The notes: a model not told the origin generated them from the sequence alone. DNA of 64,000 bases from an uncultured Nitrososphaeraceae archaeon (GCA_963765895.1 CAVXZB010000073.1:32001-96000); one strand, 5' to 3'. Shown: positions 12,776 through 23,986, numbered from the stretch's first letter. Translations and numbers: made by a program.

Positions 12776-13697
12776 TTGCATATAATAGACATGCAAGGAA
12801 ATATTGTATTGGGTTGTTCTGGATGGAATTATCCTGATACTCCTGATAAGGGTGGAGGATGGACTGAGATTTTTTACCCTGATAAATCTACAAAAAGACT
12901 ACGTTACTACTCTCAATTCTTTGATACTGCAGAAATGGATTCTACCTTTTATAACAGATTCTATTCCAAAATGACTAAAGGCACTTTTGTTGGAATGGTA
13001 AAAGCTACCCCAGAGAAATTCCAGTTTTCGATAAAGGTACCTGAAACAGTAACTCATGACAAGAGATTAAACATCGATAAGGGTGCAATAACAGATCTTG
13101 AGGAGTTCTTAGATAAAATATCACCATTAAAGGACGCAAATAAACTTGGTGCAGTACCTAATCCAGCTCCCACCAAGCTTTACGGTTAATGAATTTAGAA
13201 ACATAGAATCTTTTCTCGAAAGATTGCCTAAGCTTAACTCCGATAATCACCACAATTATCAATATGCCATTGAATTCAGACATCCATCATGGAAGACTGA
13301 AGGACCTTGGGAAATGTTAAAGCAATATAATATTGCCGCAGTAATTACGGATTCACCTTCAAAAGAAAATCTGCAATTCTTATCTGATATTATAATAACT
13401 GCAGATCATTCATTTGTGAGATTTCATGGTAGAAATATTAAAGACCATTATTGGTATAATTATTTGTATTCACAACAAGAACTCGATCCCTGGGTTGATA
13501 AGATTAACCAAATTAGAAATCAAACCAAAATTCTAAGAATATATTTTAATAATCATTACGGTGGAAATGCTGTCGTAAATGCATTGCAATTTAAGGAAAT
13601 GATAACAGGTACAAATCTGTCTAAAAGTGAACAGAAAGTATTGAAGCATGCAGAAGAATATATTGCTGAACAGAAACGACAGTTGAAACTGAACTAA
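12776..13697 (+). CDS. DUF72 (YecE-like) protein, frameshifted
   Basis: LGCSGWNY, AEMDSTFY, LIQLPPSF, AIEFRHPSW, FVRFHGRN and YFNNHYGGNA. Confidence 0.92.
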
Positions 13698-14218
13698 TTA
13701 AGTGTGAAAATATTTCTTGGAATATCTTTAACCATCTGGATTACACCGGTAAAAGTACCTGATCGAACTTCATTTGAGCACGATAAAGTCCCAACAATTT
13801 TTCTGTGAAGCAGAAGAGGCCTTTAACATAATATGTACTTCAATTCCCCGAATAAGGTTTATTGACTTTCCTCCAAGCCACATATGAAGCGGCAGCAATT
13901 TGCGCCAAATGGGATAGAAAAGCATTGGAACGAATTTAGTAGAAACGTTGACTCTGAACTTGCACAGAAATATTGTCTTCATATTCTACTTCGGCTTTGT
14001 CCAGAGTTATTTTAATTCTCATTTACATATTTATAAAGCATTCTAAGGCTCGGTATCAAATTAGACTTGATTATGATATAATAGACCTAAGAATCCAGAG
14101 ATTAAATTGGGGGCTGTCGTTTGCATGAGATTCTTTGCGCCTTGTCTAATGTTCACACTGTGGCATTTATGAGAATGATTACCTTAGTTATTGTAAATAG
14201 ACACAATTAGTTGTCGAT

Positions 14219-14336
14219 TGGTAGACCTGCATTCCTTTTTGCATAAGAGGTAAATATTTTGGTGTCGTCACCTCGCCAGATTCCAAAATAGGATGACCTT
14301 AATTTTTTTTGAAGATTATATGGCGCAGGTCTACCA
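14219..14336. repeat. 118-bp element bounded by a perfect 12-bp inverted repeat (MITE-like)
   Basis: TGGTAGACCTGC at 14219-14230 and GCAGGTCTACCA at 14325-14336. Confidence 0.55.
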
Positions 14337-14470
14337 TGACTTTTAAAGAGATTTGGATTATTCATTAATGACTAATCAGTTAACCAGAGATAGATAGTAA
14401 GATATTACCAGTTCGCTCTAAATATTGTCTTATCATACATTTTCTGGGTTATTTACTCGGTTTCATTGCG

Positions 14471-14674
14471 TTATAATTTCTCGTCATAGGTTAGTTTAAC
14501 TTTAGCATTTATGGTATTAATAATCGTCATTGCGTTCAGACCTGCTATCGACGGCTTCGTTATAGAGATATAATTTGTTGCTGGCATGGTTGTTTTATTT
14601 TGTGCATAGATAACAGCTACAGCATACACTATCATAGCAGTAATTAGAGCCACAGATACTACTACAATTACCAC
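14471..14674 (-). CDS. Small secreted or membrane hypothetical protein (possibly a fragment)
   Basis: Hydrophobic N-terminus ending AVIYAQN. Confidence 0.4.
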   Translation of the reverse strand: MVIVVVSVALITAMIVYAVAVIYAQNKTTMPATNYISITKPSIAGLNAMTIINTINAKVKLTYDEKL

Positions 14675-14919
14675 TATTCAGTACGCAAAGGATTAATGCA
14701 TACAAAAGTCTTTAGTGGTATCAGATAAGACAGGCTGATTCCTCAATCTGGCAACGTCAACTTTGAAATTTCAATGAAAATTATAAAGAATACAGGACCG
14801 GTCAGTTATAGGTTAGTACATCATATAGTACTAGACAATTGAATTATGTTCCTAGTTGTATAGCAACATTCGTAAAAATCAAAAATCAAGATAGTATGGA
14901 GGTAGCAGAATTATCTTTG

Positions 14920-15485
14920 CTAACAAGTTTAGACTTAACATTTATCGGTAGATGATGATGCTCTATCAATTTATCTTTTTCATGTTTTTCAAATCTGTCA
15001 AATCTCCATTATGATAAGGTACAAAATTCTTTTCACATTCATATCCAATTTGGGGAGTAATAATGATTCAAAATCTATTAAGGCATATTTACTATTTTGA
15101 AAATGAAAAAATACACCCGTATCTGCAATAACAGATAATCCATTTTTACCTCGTTTCTCTTGTAGTTTATCAAGAGTTTTAGTAAAGACAGAAAATCCTT
15201 AGTATAGCCAGAGTGTTTCTCAATGCTATCCTCTAATATAATCAAGTCATTTTCCTTTTCATACTTTTCTACATCCATATCGAGCTCTTTCAAAGTTTGC
15301 CAGATACACTCTGCTGTCTGATAGTACGTGAGTATCAATACCAATTCATTGCTTTTCAATGAAATATCACAGTAATGTGAATAAATTTCTTCTAATGCAC
15401 AGAGGTCAGGGTAAATCGGGATATTTGTTCTCTTTGTACTATTTTATCTAATCTGTCTATACCTTCTAAACTGGCACCAGTCATT
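14920..15485 (-). pseudogene. MEDS/DcmR-like sensory domain protein, fragmented
   Basis: LEEIYSHYC...SNELVLILTYYQT...DVEKYEKENDLIILEDS...ADTGVFFH spread across frames; boundaries approximate. Confidence 0.6.
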
Positions 15486-15734
15486 TCATTATAGTCATTT
15501 CAATATCAGGATTTATCGACATTTCAGATATTAAAGAAAGTTTGTCATGATAGTTAACAATTGTATATTCCTTGCTACTTGGATTTCAGTATTAATTTAG
15601 AATGCAAATTCATTAATTCAAACTAAACCGAGATAAATATACACTACTGAAATTTCCATTTTACAAGTTAGATATTTTCATGAAATATTCATACATATAA
15701 AAACAACCACTAGGTTGAGGCAAACTTTCCACTG

Positions 15735-15842
15735 TTATTTTTTATGCTCGATTTGCTTATGTTGTTTGAGATCTTCTTCAGTCTTGAATTTTTCTCCACA
15801 GGAGATACATTTAAAATTCTTCCGGAAGAAGTTAAATTTCAT
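15735..15842 (-). CDS. C2H2 zinc-finger microprotein (35 aa, not in ORF track)
   Basis: MKFNFFRKNFKCISCGEKFKTEEDLKQHKQIEHKK*, with a TATA-like box about 30 bp upstream. Confidence 0.8.
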   Translation of the reverse strand: MKFNFFRKNFKCISCGEKFKTEEDLKQHKQIEHKK

Positions 15843-16136
15843 TTCCTTACACTCAATAGACTTAAAACTACATAAATATATCATATTTATTAAAGAATGT
15901 ATGATAAGATCTCGTCTATTTTATTTTCAGATCAGGTATGTTTTGTAATGCAATGATATTACACTACAGAACTAATAAGGCGGTTCCATATATTAGATAA
16001 AATATATCATTGGCTCAGGTTAAAATGATCTAACAATTCAGATTTCAATTTCAAGATGGACCATTTCTGAATTGTTGCTATTTTTCCATTTTAAATATTG
16101 TATTGATGGCATACCGATAGGACGAGCATTATGTAG

Positions 16137-16757
16137 TCAAGATGTCATTTCGGTACCTGTTATTTCCATCATTCTGTCGTTTTTGGCAAAGTCGATTTGT
16201 AATATCCTAGCATTGAGGTTAGTTCCTACTTCTTTATAATCCACATCCTTGTTATCGATCTTGATATTAAATTTGGTGTCAGTATTTCCTTGACCCTTAG
16301 AATCTATTACAGTTCTTGGAAGTTCAACTGTTAGTTTACCATTATCTGCGCTTGAGCCAAGTAAAAGAACCAACGTCGTCTTATCTTTGTCACCAATTAT
16401 TCCTAAAAGTTTTCCATTTGTTATGTTATATTTAATCGGAAATGTCTTGTCTTTGATCATCAGGTTTGAAATATTAGCAAATCCAGTTCGATTATTACCT
16501 TGTGAATTGTTGGTCTGACCAGCGGCTCCAAGATTTGCTGTTGTTACCGTTGCCTTACTACCTTGTGGAATTGTTATTGTCTTATTAGATGGGTTTAGAG
16601 TGGTAGTTTTACTGTTATTGCTATTATTCAAAGGAAATAGATTTTGAGCTGACGCAGCTGCTGGAGCGTATGCTGAAAACAGCAGTACTGCTGTAATCAA
16701 CAGTGGCAAGCCTATAATTTGTATTAGCCTAAATTCACTTTTACGTATTTTCACCAA
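16137..16757 (-). CDS. Secreted thaumarchaeal protein (N/T-rich linker plus a domain seen in PEFG-CTERM-type proteins)
   Basis: Signal peptide, FPIKYNITNGKL...LTVELPRTVIDSK...RILQIDF...MEITGT. Confidence 0.7.
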   Translation of the reverse strand: MVKIRKSEFRLIQIIGLPLLITAVLLFSAYAPAAASAQNLFPLNNSNNSKTTTLNPSNKTITIPQGSKATVTTANLGAAGQTNNSQGNNRTGFANISNLMIKDKTFPIKYNITNGKLLGIIGDKDKTTLVLLLGSSADNGKLTVELPRTVIDSKGQGNTDTKFNIKIDNKDVDYKEVGTNLNARILQIDFAKNDRMMEITGTEMTS

Positions 16758-16934
16758 ATATTAATCCTATATTTGCATATACGATATAATATAAAATTCT
16801 TTTTAAGAGTATCGAGATTTTAATGCTAAAGCGAGGCAGTAATTGATCATAAATGATGATCACTTCGATATTCACTCATTCATCGATTAACTTGTATTTC
16901 ATTGATATGTCATAGGACTATACATATCATCACC

Positions 16935-17617
16935 CTATACACTACTTCCAGCAGTAGATTTACCAGGCTTTTCTTGTCCTAATCTTTCCAACTCTTCTGG
17001 TGTAGGGTCAGTATCTCTTGCAAACTTGGCAGCAACTAATCCACTTGGTACCGCTACGTCCAAGCAACTCCCATCGTAGTTGTCAATATAGGATTTAGGG
17101 ATATAGTATAGAGTTGACTTTGCTACTCCCTGTCTTACTACAATGAATCCATTTCCAACTTGGTCAACATCACCTATATCAATAGTATCACTTGTCATGA
17201 CACGCTTGTGTACCACCTGTTCCCAGGCTATGTGTAGCGGCTCATGTGTAACAGGTGTCTGTAATGCCACTCCAGGTTCTTTGGCCATCCATGGGATACC
17301 ATGTAAGAATTGAGGATATTGGGTATCCATCTGTCGTTTATGTTCTAGATATTCTGATGTTTCAAACTCTGATTCTAGTGGAGGATTTTCTCTTTCATAC
17401 TTGTGTTTAATTTCATCTTTTGTTAGTGAAACCCATAACTTGTGTCCATCGTATCCTTGGATATAGTATTTTGGAATAAAATAATAATTCTTACTTATTG
17501 TTCCATCCTTTGTCTGAATATATTCATTGGTTAGATTGAATTTTACCCAGATCCTTATCGTCTTTAGACTTGACTTTTTTTGTCAATAGCTTTATCCAAT
17601 GAAATTATATCGGACAA
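16935..17617 (-). CDS. Protein with two tandem DUF2171/PRC-barrel-like domains (frameshifted)
   Basis: Two copies of KxVxxxDxxDxG...YYIPKxYIxxYDGxxL; TTG start at 17617. Confidence 0.7.
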
Positions 17618-17784
17618 GATGGCTGTTCAAATATTGTCAGCAGCATATAGAATCTATCAGAAAGGCTTATCTAGCAGATGGTAGACCGATGCTATCACAT
17701 CTTCTATAATGTCATAGCTCATTTTGTATAGATAGAACGTTCATTAATTAGATTTTAATTATATATGTATCTATATGCATCTAT

Positions 17785-18189
17785 ATGTCTTCTAATAATG
17801 CTGATAACAATAGGATAGGTCCTACCATTTTATGGAGCATGCTTAAAGGTAAAAAAGTGGTAACAAATGACGGAAAGGATATTGGAGAAATAAAGGATAT
17901 ATCTGATAATTACATTCGTTTAGAAAAGGGCACAATAAAGAAAAATAAGTTTTGGATTACAAAATATACTGCTGATGCGTATGATGGCAAGCATCTGTGG
18001 CTGTTGATAAACGAGGAAGAAGTTCATTCAAAGCATGTATATGGAGATGAGTCACCTAGAGGAGTCGAATATGCAAAAGGTTTCGAGTCCTTTAAGAGCT
18101 CGCCTTCAGGCCAGAAAGGTGAATATAGCCCCGGCTTTGAAGAAAGAATAAAGATTATAGAAAATTGTAAAATTAGAGATTTAAAATAA
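17785..18189 (+). CDS. DUF2171/PRC-barrel-like domain protein
   Basis: WSMLKGKKVVTNDGKDIGEIKDISDNYIRLEKG...YDGKHLWL. Confidence 0.75.
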   Translation: MSSNNADNNRIGPTILWSMLKGKKVVTNDGKDIGEIKDISDNYIRLEKGTIKKNKFWITKYTADAYDGKHLWLLINEEEVHSKHVYGDESPRGVEYAKGFESFKSSPSGQKGEYSPGFEERIKIIENCKIRDLK

Positions 18190-18240
18190 ATAAAGCAATA
18201 GAAATAAACCAAAAGTTATCTTATTCTTTCGAACCGCAAT

Positions 18241-18277
18241 TGTTATCTGTTATCTGTTATCTGTTAGCTGTTAGCTG
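18241..18277 (+). repeat. Heptamer tandem repeat (TGTTATC)3(TGTTAGC)2 between convergent genes
   Basis: Direct reading of the sequence. Confidence 0.85.
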
Positions 18278-18291
18278 TCCAATAATAACCC

Positions 18292-18627
18292 TTAGCTGTT
18301 TGTCCCTGCCGCTCCTTGTTCGTAATCGTCACCAGTTTCAGTAGAGCCAGCCGTTCCTTCTGTCATTCCACTTCTCCTTAGTCTTTCTTTAGGATCTTGA
18401 CCTGAAGAAGAACCAGAACTTGAGGTATCATCTTGTCTTCTTACTGCAGTTGGTTCGTGTTCCTTTATCTTGGCTGGCGACATTGGTTCATTTGCTTCAT
18501 ATTCCATAGTTGGATCGCTTTTTGTTGAACTAGTATAACTCACTTCTCTTTCTTTATTGTCGGATCCTACAGCCTTATCTTTAACATCTACAATTTTGTC
18601 TTTAACCTTTTTGGCAATATCGCTCAT
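18292..18627 (-). CDS. Hydrophilic LEA/hydrophilin-like protein
   Basis: Likely start MSDIAKKVKDKIVDVKDKAVG; S/T/E/G-rich and disordered. Confidence 0.65.
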   Translation of the reverse strand: MSDIAKKVKDKIVDVKDKAVGSDNKEREVSYTSSTKSDPTMEYEANEPMSPAKIKEHEPTAVRRQDDTSSSGSSSGQDPKERLRRSGMTEGTAGSTETGDDYEQGAAGTNS

Positions 18628-18723
18628 TATTTTTACATAGATTTTATAGAATAATAAGGTTAATAATATTATACAAAAACTTCTATAATTATTATAAGGT
18701 ATTAATATCTTAAGTAGTAGCAA

Positions 18724-19390
18724 TATCTACTAGCAACATAGATTGGGATGATGTAATAAAAAAGAGGCACGAGGTAGCGGAGATGAAGATTTGGGAGAAG
18801 TGCAAGAAGTTGGTCCAAATTATGTCTTAGTACAGAAAGGATTCTTAAACAAAGAGAAATTCTATATTCCAAAGGACCAGGTGGAAAGCTACGATGGTGA
18901 TACACTACGATTTAGAATATCTGAAACAGAGATGAAATCAAAATATATGGGAGAATATCCACCGTCGTCACTTACAGGTAAAACACAGAATACTGCTACT
19001 GATAAATCCAGAGTAGAGGAAACGACTGTTCCGGTAACAGAAGAAAGACGGGGTGTATCAAAAAGTCAATCTACAAAGGAAGCAACAATTACAAAAACAC
19101 CTGTTACCGAGACAAAGACTGTGGAAGTGCCAGTAACACATGAAGAAGTCTCCGTAGAAAGAAGACCTGCTAGCGGAACAACAGCAGCATCAGATAGACC
19201 TGTAGAATCTGAACAAGAAATTAGAGTTCCATTAAAGCAAGAACAAGTGCAGGTAACAAAGCAGCCATATGTAAAGGAGGAGGTAGCTATCAAGAAAGAA
19301 CCAGTGACAGAGACTAAAATAGTAAGTGATCAAGTAACTAGTGAAGAAGTTAGAGTAAAAGGTACCAATAGAGAAGACGAAGAACGATAA
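18724..19390 (+). CDS. DUF2171-like plus YsnF/AvaK (DUF2382) domain protein (frameshift near 18770)
   Basis: IDWDDVIKKEARG...DLGEVQEV...FYIPKDQVESYDG, then VPVTHEEVSVERRP and PYVKEEVAIKK. Confidence 0.85.
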
Positions 19391-19510
19391 AAATAGAAGC
19401 AGCCTTTAAATTTTTATCTTGTTTATTTATTGCAGCCCTTCAGAATAGTAACTTGTACTGTAGTTTGATCATAATTATTCATAATCATAGCACGCACACA
19501 AGGGTATTCT

Positions 19511-20080
19511 ATGGCAAAAATTAGCGATATTTACCGGTGGTTGTACGGTCTGATAAGAGGCAGACCTACTAATTTTAATTGGATTATTGAAAGGAAATTA
19601 GCTGGAAGTGGAGTACCAATGTCTAAAAGAGAAGCAAGATGGTTAATTAATACGCAAGGTATCAGAACCATTGTTACCATAAAAGAAAAGCCTTTATCGC
19701 AAGAATGGCTTAACTATAACAATGGGGCAAATACTGGTGATAGCGACAGAAAGATTGACTATTTGCATATAAGTGTACAAGACTATGGCACTCCATCATT
19801 AAAGGAGTTAGACTATGTAGTTAATTATATTAGTCAGCAAATTGATAGAACAAGACCAGTTATGGTACATTGTTCAGCAGGGAAAGGAAGAACAGGCACT
19901 ATACTTGCTGCATACCACATCAAAAAAGAGAATGATATGACTGCAGATAAGGCTATCGGTAGATTAAGTAGGATTAGAGGAGAATCGATTCAGTCAAAAG
20001 ATCAAGAAAAGATCTTGTTTGATTATGAAGAATACGTAAAGAACCAGCAGGATCAGAAAAAAGCAGATAGAAGATCGTGA
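19511..20080 (+). CDS. Dual-specificity/protein-tyrosine phosphatase
   Basis: HCSAGKGRTG (CX5R) P-loop and a DYGTP acid loop. Confidence 0.93.
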   Translation: MAKISDIYRWLYGLIRGRPTNFNWIIERKLAGSGVPMSKREARWLINTQGIRTIVTIKEKPLSQEWLNYNNGANTGDSDRKIDYLHISVQDYGTPSLKELDYVVNYISQQIDRTRPVMVHCSAGKGRTGTILAAYHIKKENDMTADKAIGRLSRIRGESIQSKDQEKILFDYEEYVKNQQDQKKADRRS

Positions 20081-20903
20081 TGGTACTTAAAGTGATATTT
20101 GATCTCATAATATATACTGGCTATTCGTATCTGTACGCACTGTTATGGTATTGATGCCAATTGTCAGGCAAACGGCAACGAGCATCGACAACAGCCGAAC
20201 ATGCACTCGTTCCGCATCAATCTTGTTGGTAAAGGTATAGATGCAGTTCTAGTATGGTCGACTTCTTATTTTAGCGATAGCCGTTTTATCCAATAACCAT
20301 TTATTCTTTATTTTACTCATTTTACTTATCAAATTCCGCGAAACTTCGGGATATACAAATGCTACATTCTACAATATACGATTGTTTTTACTATGATTGC
20401 AGGTGCCACGCGGGAATGAAATCATACTAAGAGTAAGTTGGATATTAGATTATGAATTTGGTTGACAGAGAACAAGGCATAAGGCCCCATCTGCTTTTCA
20501 AATGTTCTTTTGCTATAACACTATCGCTAGGATTATAGTGCATAGACCTGACGCTAACCAAACTTGACATCATTGTGCTCTTTTTAAACACGCAGTAGTA
20601 TCAAAATAAGAGGGCCAGATTCATCTAATACTTTTTCTTAATCTGACGGATAATCAGCGCCGTAGCAACTGCTGCAACAGTCTTAAATGCTGTGTACAAT
20701 AGCCATTTTTTCACTACCATTTCTAGACTATCACTGTCGTGCGATTATCCTTTGGACTTTTTTTAATATAACAGTTTTTCGTCATAGTGAGATGGTCATC
20801 GAAAGCCGGAGCTAAAACCACACTGGGCAATAAAAAAGGTCTACGGTTATTGGTTAGCGACCCGGAAAAAATGTGTACGTCGATAACAATTTAAATCAAA
20901 TTC

Positions 20904-21374
20904 TTATGATACTGCAATCTGTTTAGCCAATCTTGTACACAATTGTAGATGTCTTTTTTCTTCTCTGAGAATTGAATTAACTGTATTTGAAAATTGTTTG
21001 TTTTTGACCTTTTTTAATGCTAAGGCACTCAGAGCCTCATAGTGTGTCACTTCGCCACCTTCTGCAAGACACAAGAATTCTATTGCTTCAGATGAATCAG
21101 GATCCTGGCTAAGATAAGTTTTCATCATCTCAGATGCTTTCTGTTCTGTTTCTTGAGCTGCTTCTTGTATTGTTGCAGAATTTAGTGATCCGGATAATTT
21201 CTGAACCAGCTGCTCAAGCTTTGATTGATGATTTCCTGCTTCCTTTTGCATATTCTTAAGCTTCGATAACATCCCTCTTTTATCTAGTAATCCCATTGAG
21301 GATAATTCTTGCACTGCATTTTGCGCGGCCATTTCCAAACCTAGACATTCTCCTAACTTTTGTTCAAATTTTTT
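20904..21374 (-). CDS. Ferritin-like (DUF892-type) protein; N-terminus abuts the upstream TAG in frame
   Basis: GLEMAAQ...H...EGGEVTHYEAL...EEKRH diiron-type pattern. Confidence 0.75.
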   Translation of the reverse strand, partial: KKFEQKLGECLGLEMAAQNAVQELSSMGLLDKRGMLSKLKNMQKEAGNHQSKLEQLVQKLSGSLNSATIQEAAQETEQKASEMMKTYLSQDPDSSEAIEFLCLAEGGEVTHYEALSALALKKVKNKQFSNTVNSILREEKRHLQLCTRLAKQIAVS

Positions 21375-22019
21375 CTACAGAGAAGTATCTCTTGCAAAAT
21401 ATCTGTCTGGGACGAGCTCTGGAATTAGAACTAGTAACAAAAGAAACCAACTAACGGGTAGATATATGAATGAAAATATTATTGCTACTGAGTACGTTAA
21501 TGTTGTGGCTACTATCCGTCTACCAGATCTTTTCCCAATCAAAACAGGTACTGTCTTGTCAAGTAATTCTGGATTCTGTTTAGTATAATAGTATAGTGCA
21601 TATACTATTGCGCCAGCAAGAACCGCATTGAATGAATACACAAAGATCGAAATTTGCTGGCCTAAATATTGTGTAAGTAAAGTAGTTGAAAAAGGTATAA
21701 ACCCAATAGTCATTAGGAATGAGATATTTATCCAAATCAAAGGACGGTCTACATAGAGTATCCAGCGAAAAATTCTATGATGTGTAATCCAGAAAACTCC
21801 AAGGGTTGTAAAGCTAATTATGTAAGCTAAGATATCCGGCCATAAACTAGCAAATCTATGAGAAAGTCTCTCTTGAGCGTGCTGTCCCTCTGCGAATAAT
21901 ATGAGTTCAGGTACGCTAATATTAAACACTAATATTGTCATAAGGATTGCAAATACTCCGTCTGTAAGCGTCTCAAGCCGTCCCTTACTAAAAATTAAAC
22001 CCTTTCTTTCGGTATCCAT
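21375..22019 (-). CDS. TMEM175-family potassium channel
   Basis: RLETLTDGVFAILMTILV signature, FWITHH, six hydrophobic segments. Confidence 0.92.
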   Translation of the reverse strand: MDTERKGLIFSKGRLETLTDGVFAILMTILVFNISVPELILFAEGQHAQERLSHRFASLWPDILAYIISFTTLGVFWITHHRIFRWILYVDRPLIWINISFLMTIGFIPFSTTLLTQYLGQQISIFVYSFNAVLAGAIVYALYYYTKQNPELLDKTVPVLIGKRSGRRIVATTLTYSVAIIFSFIYLPVSWFLLLLVLIPELVPDRYFARDTSL

Positions 22020-22415
22020 TCTAAGTCAGTCAATTGATAGACAACTACGACAAGTTTGATAAATATTAAAAGAATATTCGGATTCGAAATATATGCACAA
22101 ATCGATGACTACGTAAAATGATACTTATTAATAAATCATTAGTCAAAATAATTATTTGTCGTCAGTATTCAGATTGGTTTAGAAATTAATAAGCGATGCA
22201 GACAGGTGTTCAATATGTATCTGCCTATCTGCAATCCAACTCATGCGCTTGATCTTGTGCGGAGTTCACTTGTTAAGATCTTATGTTATTTCCATTACTG
22301 TCCAGCCTTGACCATTGTTAACTTGTGTCGGTCCTTGGATACATTTTGCGTGAGCCTGTGACAAGTCATTCTTGCTCCGGTAATGTTAGTAAATGAAAAG
22401 TAGAGCATTTAACCA

Positions 22416-22892
22416 TCATGCTGGAGCTATGAGCGCTGCGCCTGAAGAAGCTCCATCGTCTGCCAAGACTGCGGTTTTACCTTTAATTATAATATTGTAT
22501 ATAGAACTGGAATTGTCCTTACTACTATTACTTCGATAAAGTGAATGTCTCTGTTTTATTTCCTCAATCTGTCCGGATTTAGCCTCATCTATATATTCTG
22601 AAGAAACATTCAGTACTCTGATACGTTTTGTCATTCAAATATGTAGTGCCATCTTCCATTGCCGCACCTATAGCTAGTTCTTCGTTGTGATGTACTGCTA
22701 TTTTTCTTCGAATTACAATATCAAAGGATTCCATTAAGCTTTCGTGTAATAAATGTCTGCAGTTACTACTTCACCTCGTGGTATGCCTAAAACAACTATC
22801 TTATCCTTATCCCTATTTTCCTTTTTTATTACAACCTTAGCTAGTACATTTGCTAGCCCATTCGATTCTTGAATCTTTACATGAAATACCAT
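22416..22892 (-). pseudogene. Phosphoribosyltransferase family, degraded
   Basis: VVLGIPRGEVVTAD and AVLADDGASSGA (PRPP loop) in broken frames. Confidence 0.75.
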
Positions 22893-23019
22893 TAGTAGGA
22901 GGGATAAACGAACTGCAACTTGCGCTGCTTATAAACCGATAAATCTAGGCACTAATAACTATCAGAAATATAATTACGATAATCAAACTGATAATAAGAA
23001 GAATAATAGAAATATAGAT

Positions 23020-23376
23020 ATGAGCATAGGGCTGGGAGAAGAGAAAAAATCAAGGTCTAAGACGAAGGATCAAAAGGAAGAAAAACCATCTTTGCCAAAA
23101 GAAGATGTCATATCATCACGGCCGCTTCAATTAGAAGTATTTGATTCGTCTAGTGATAATGCGATGTCAGAAATGAAAAAAGTAGCAGACATGGGACCAG
23201 ATGAGATAACTAAGGTATTTCTAGATGTAGATGGAAATCAACGTCTTGATCCTTTAACTACAAGTATCAATGATATTATTAAAAAAGCCGATTCTGACCC
23301 CACTAGTTCTCACAGATGGTGGAGCCTACCTTACAGGAGAGAGATCCTGGCTCAAAATCATAACAATATAATATAA
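23020..23376 (+). CDS. Hypothetical protein
   Basis: ATG ORF; the reading probably continues in another frame. Confidence 0.5.
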   Translation: MSIGLGEEKKSRSKTKDQKEEKPSLPKEDVISSRPLQLEVFDSSSDNAMSEMKKVADMGPDEITKVFLDVDGNQRLDPLTTSINDIIKKADSDPTSSHRWWSLPYRREILAQNHNNII

Positions 23377-23737
23377 GCCCAAAACAGAATGCGACATCCG
23401 AAGTTTCTGAAGTTCAGAGTGACTCAACCGACCGAGATTATTTAGAAGAATCAGCTACGATTTATGATAGCGAGAATAAAGTATTACAATCTAGTTCTTC
23501 AAATAATGATATTTATAACCCGTTCATCTCAGGAATAAAATTTTGGTAAGCCCATAGTATTGCATGGATAAATGCATATGATCAATTCTTGAAATCTTGG
23601 ATTGACAATATTAGATTATCTCAGATACCAAGTTAAACAACTGATTCACTTCAGGATGCTGTCGAGGAATTGAACCAGTAAATCCGCCCATATCTAGTTG
23701 CAATGTCAGCTACATATGTCATATTATCGCTGATGTC

Positions 23738-23986
23738 TTAAAAGTTAAACAAGTCACCAAAAAATCCTCTGCTTCTTCTTCTGTTATCATAATAGTCATC
23801 AACATACTCTCCATTTCTATAATGGTAATTGTTATAATGTTCGTCTTCGTAGCTACTTTGGATTTGGGCTATCTTGTCTATCTCCCCTCTGTCTAACCAC
23901 ACTCCTTTGCAAGAAGGACAGTAATCAACAAACGCCCCGTACCTTTGCATTAGCTGCATTTGAGTTGAACATTTTGGACATTGCAT
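23738..23986 (-). CDS. zf-TFIIB zinc-ribbon domain protein
   Basis: CPKC...VDYCPSCKGVWLDRGEIDK...GFFGDLFNF. Confidence 0.88.
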   Translation of the reverse strand: MQCPKCSTQMQLMQRYGAFVDYCPSCKGVWLDRGEIDKIAQIQSSYEDEHYNNYHYRNGEYVDDYYDNRRRSRGFFGDLFNF

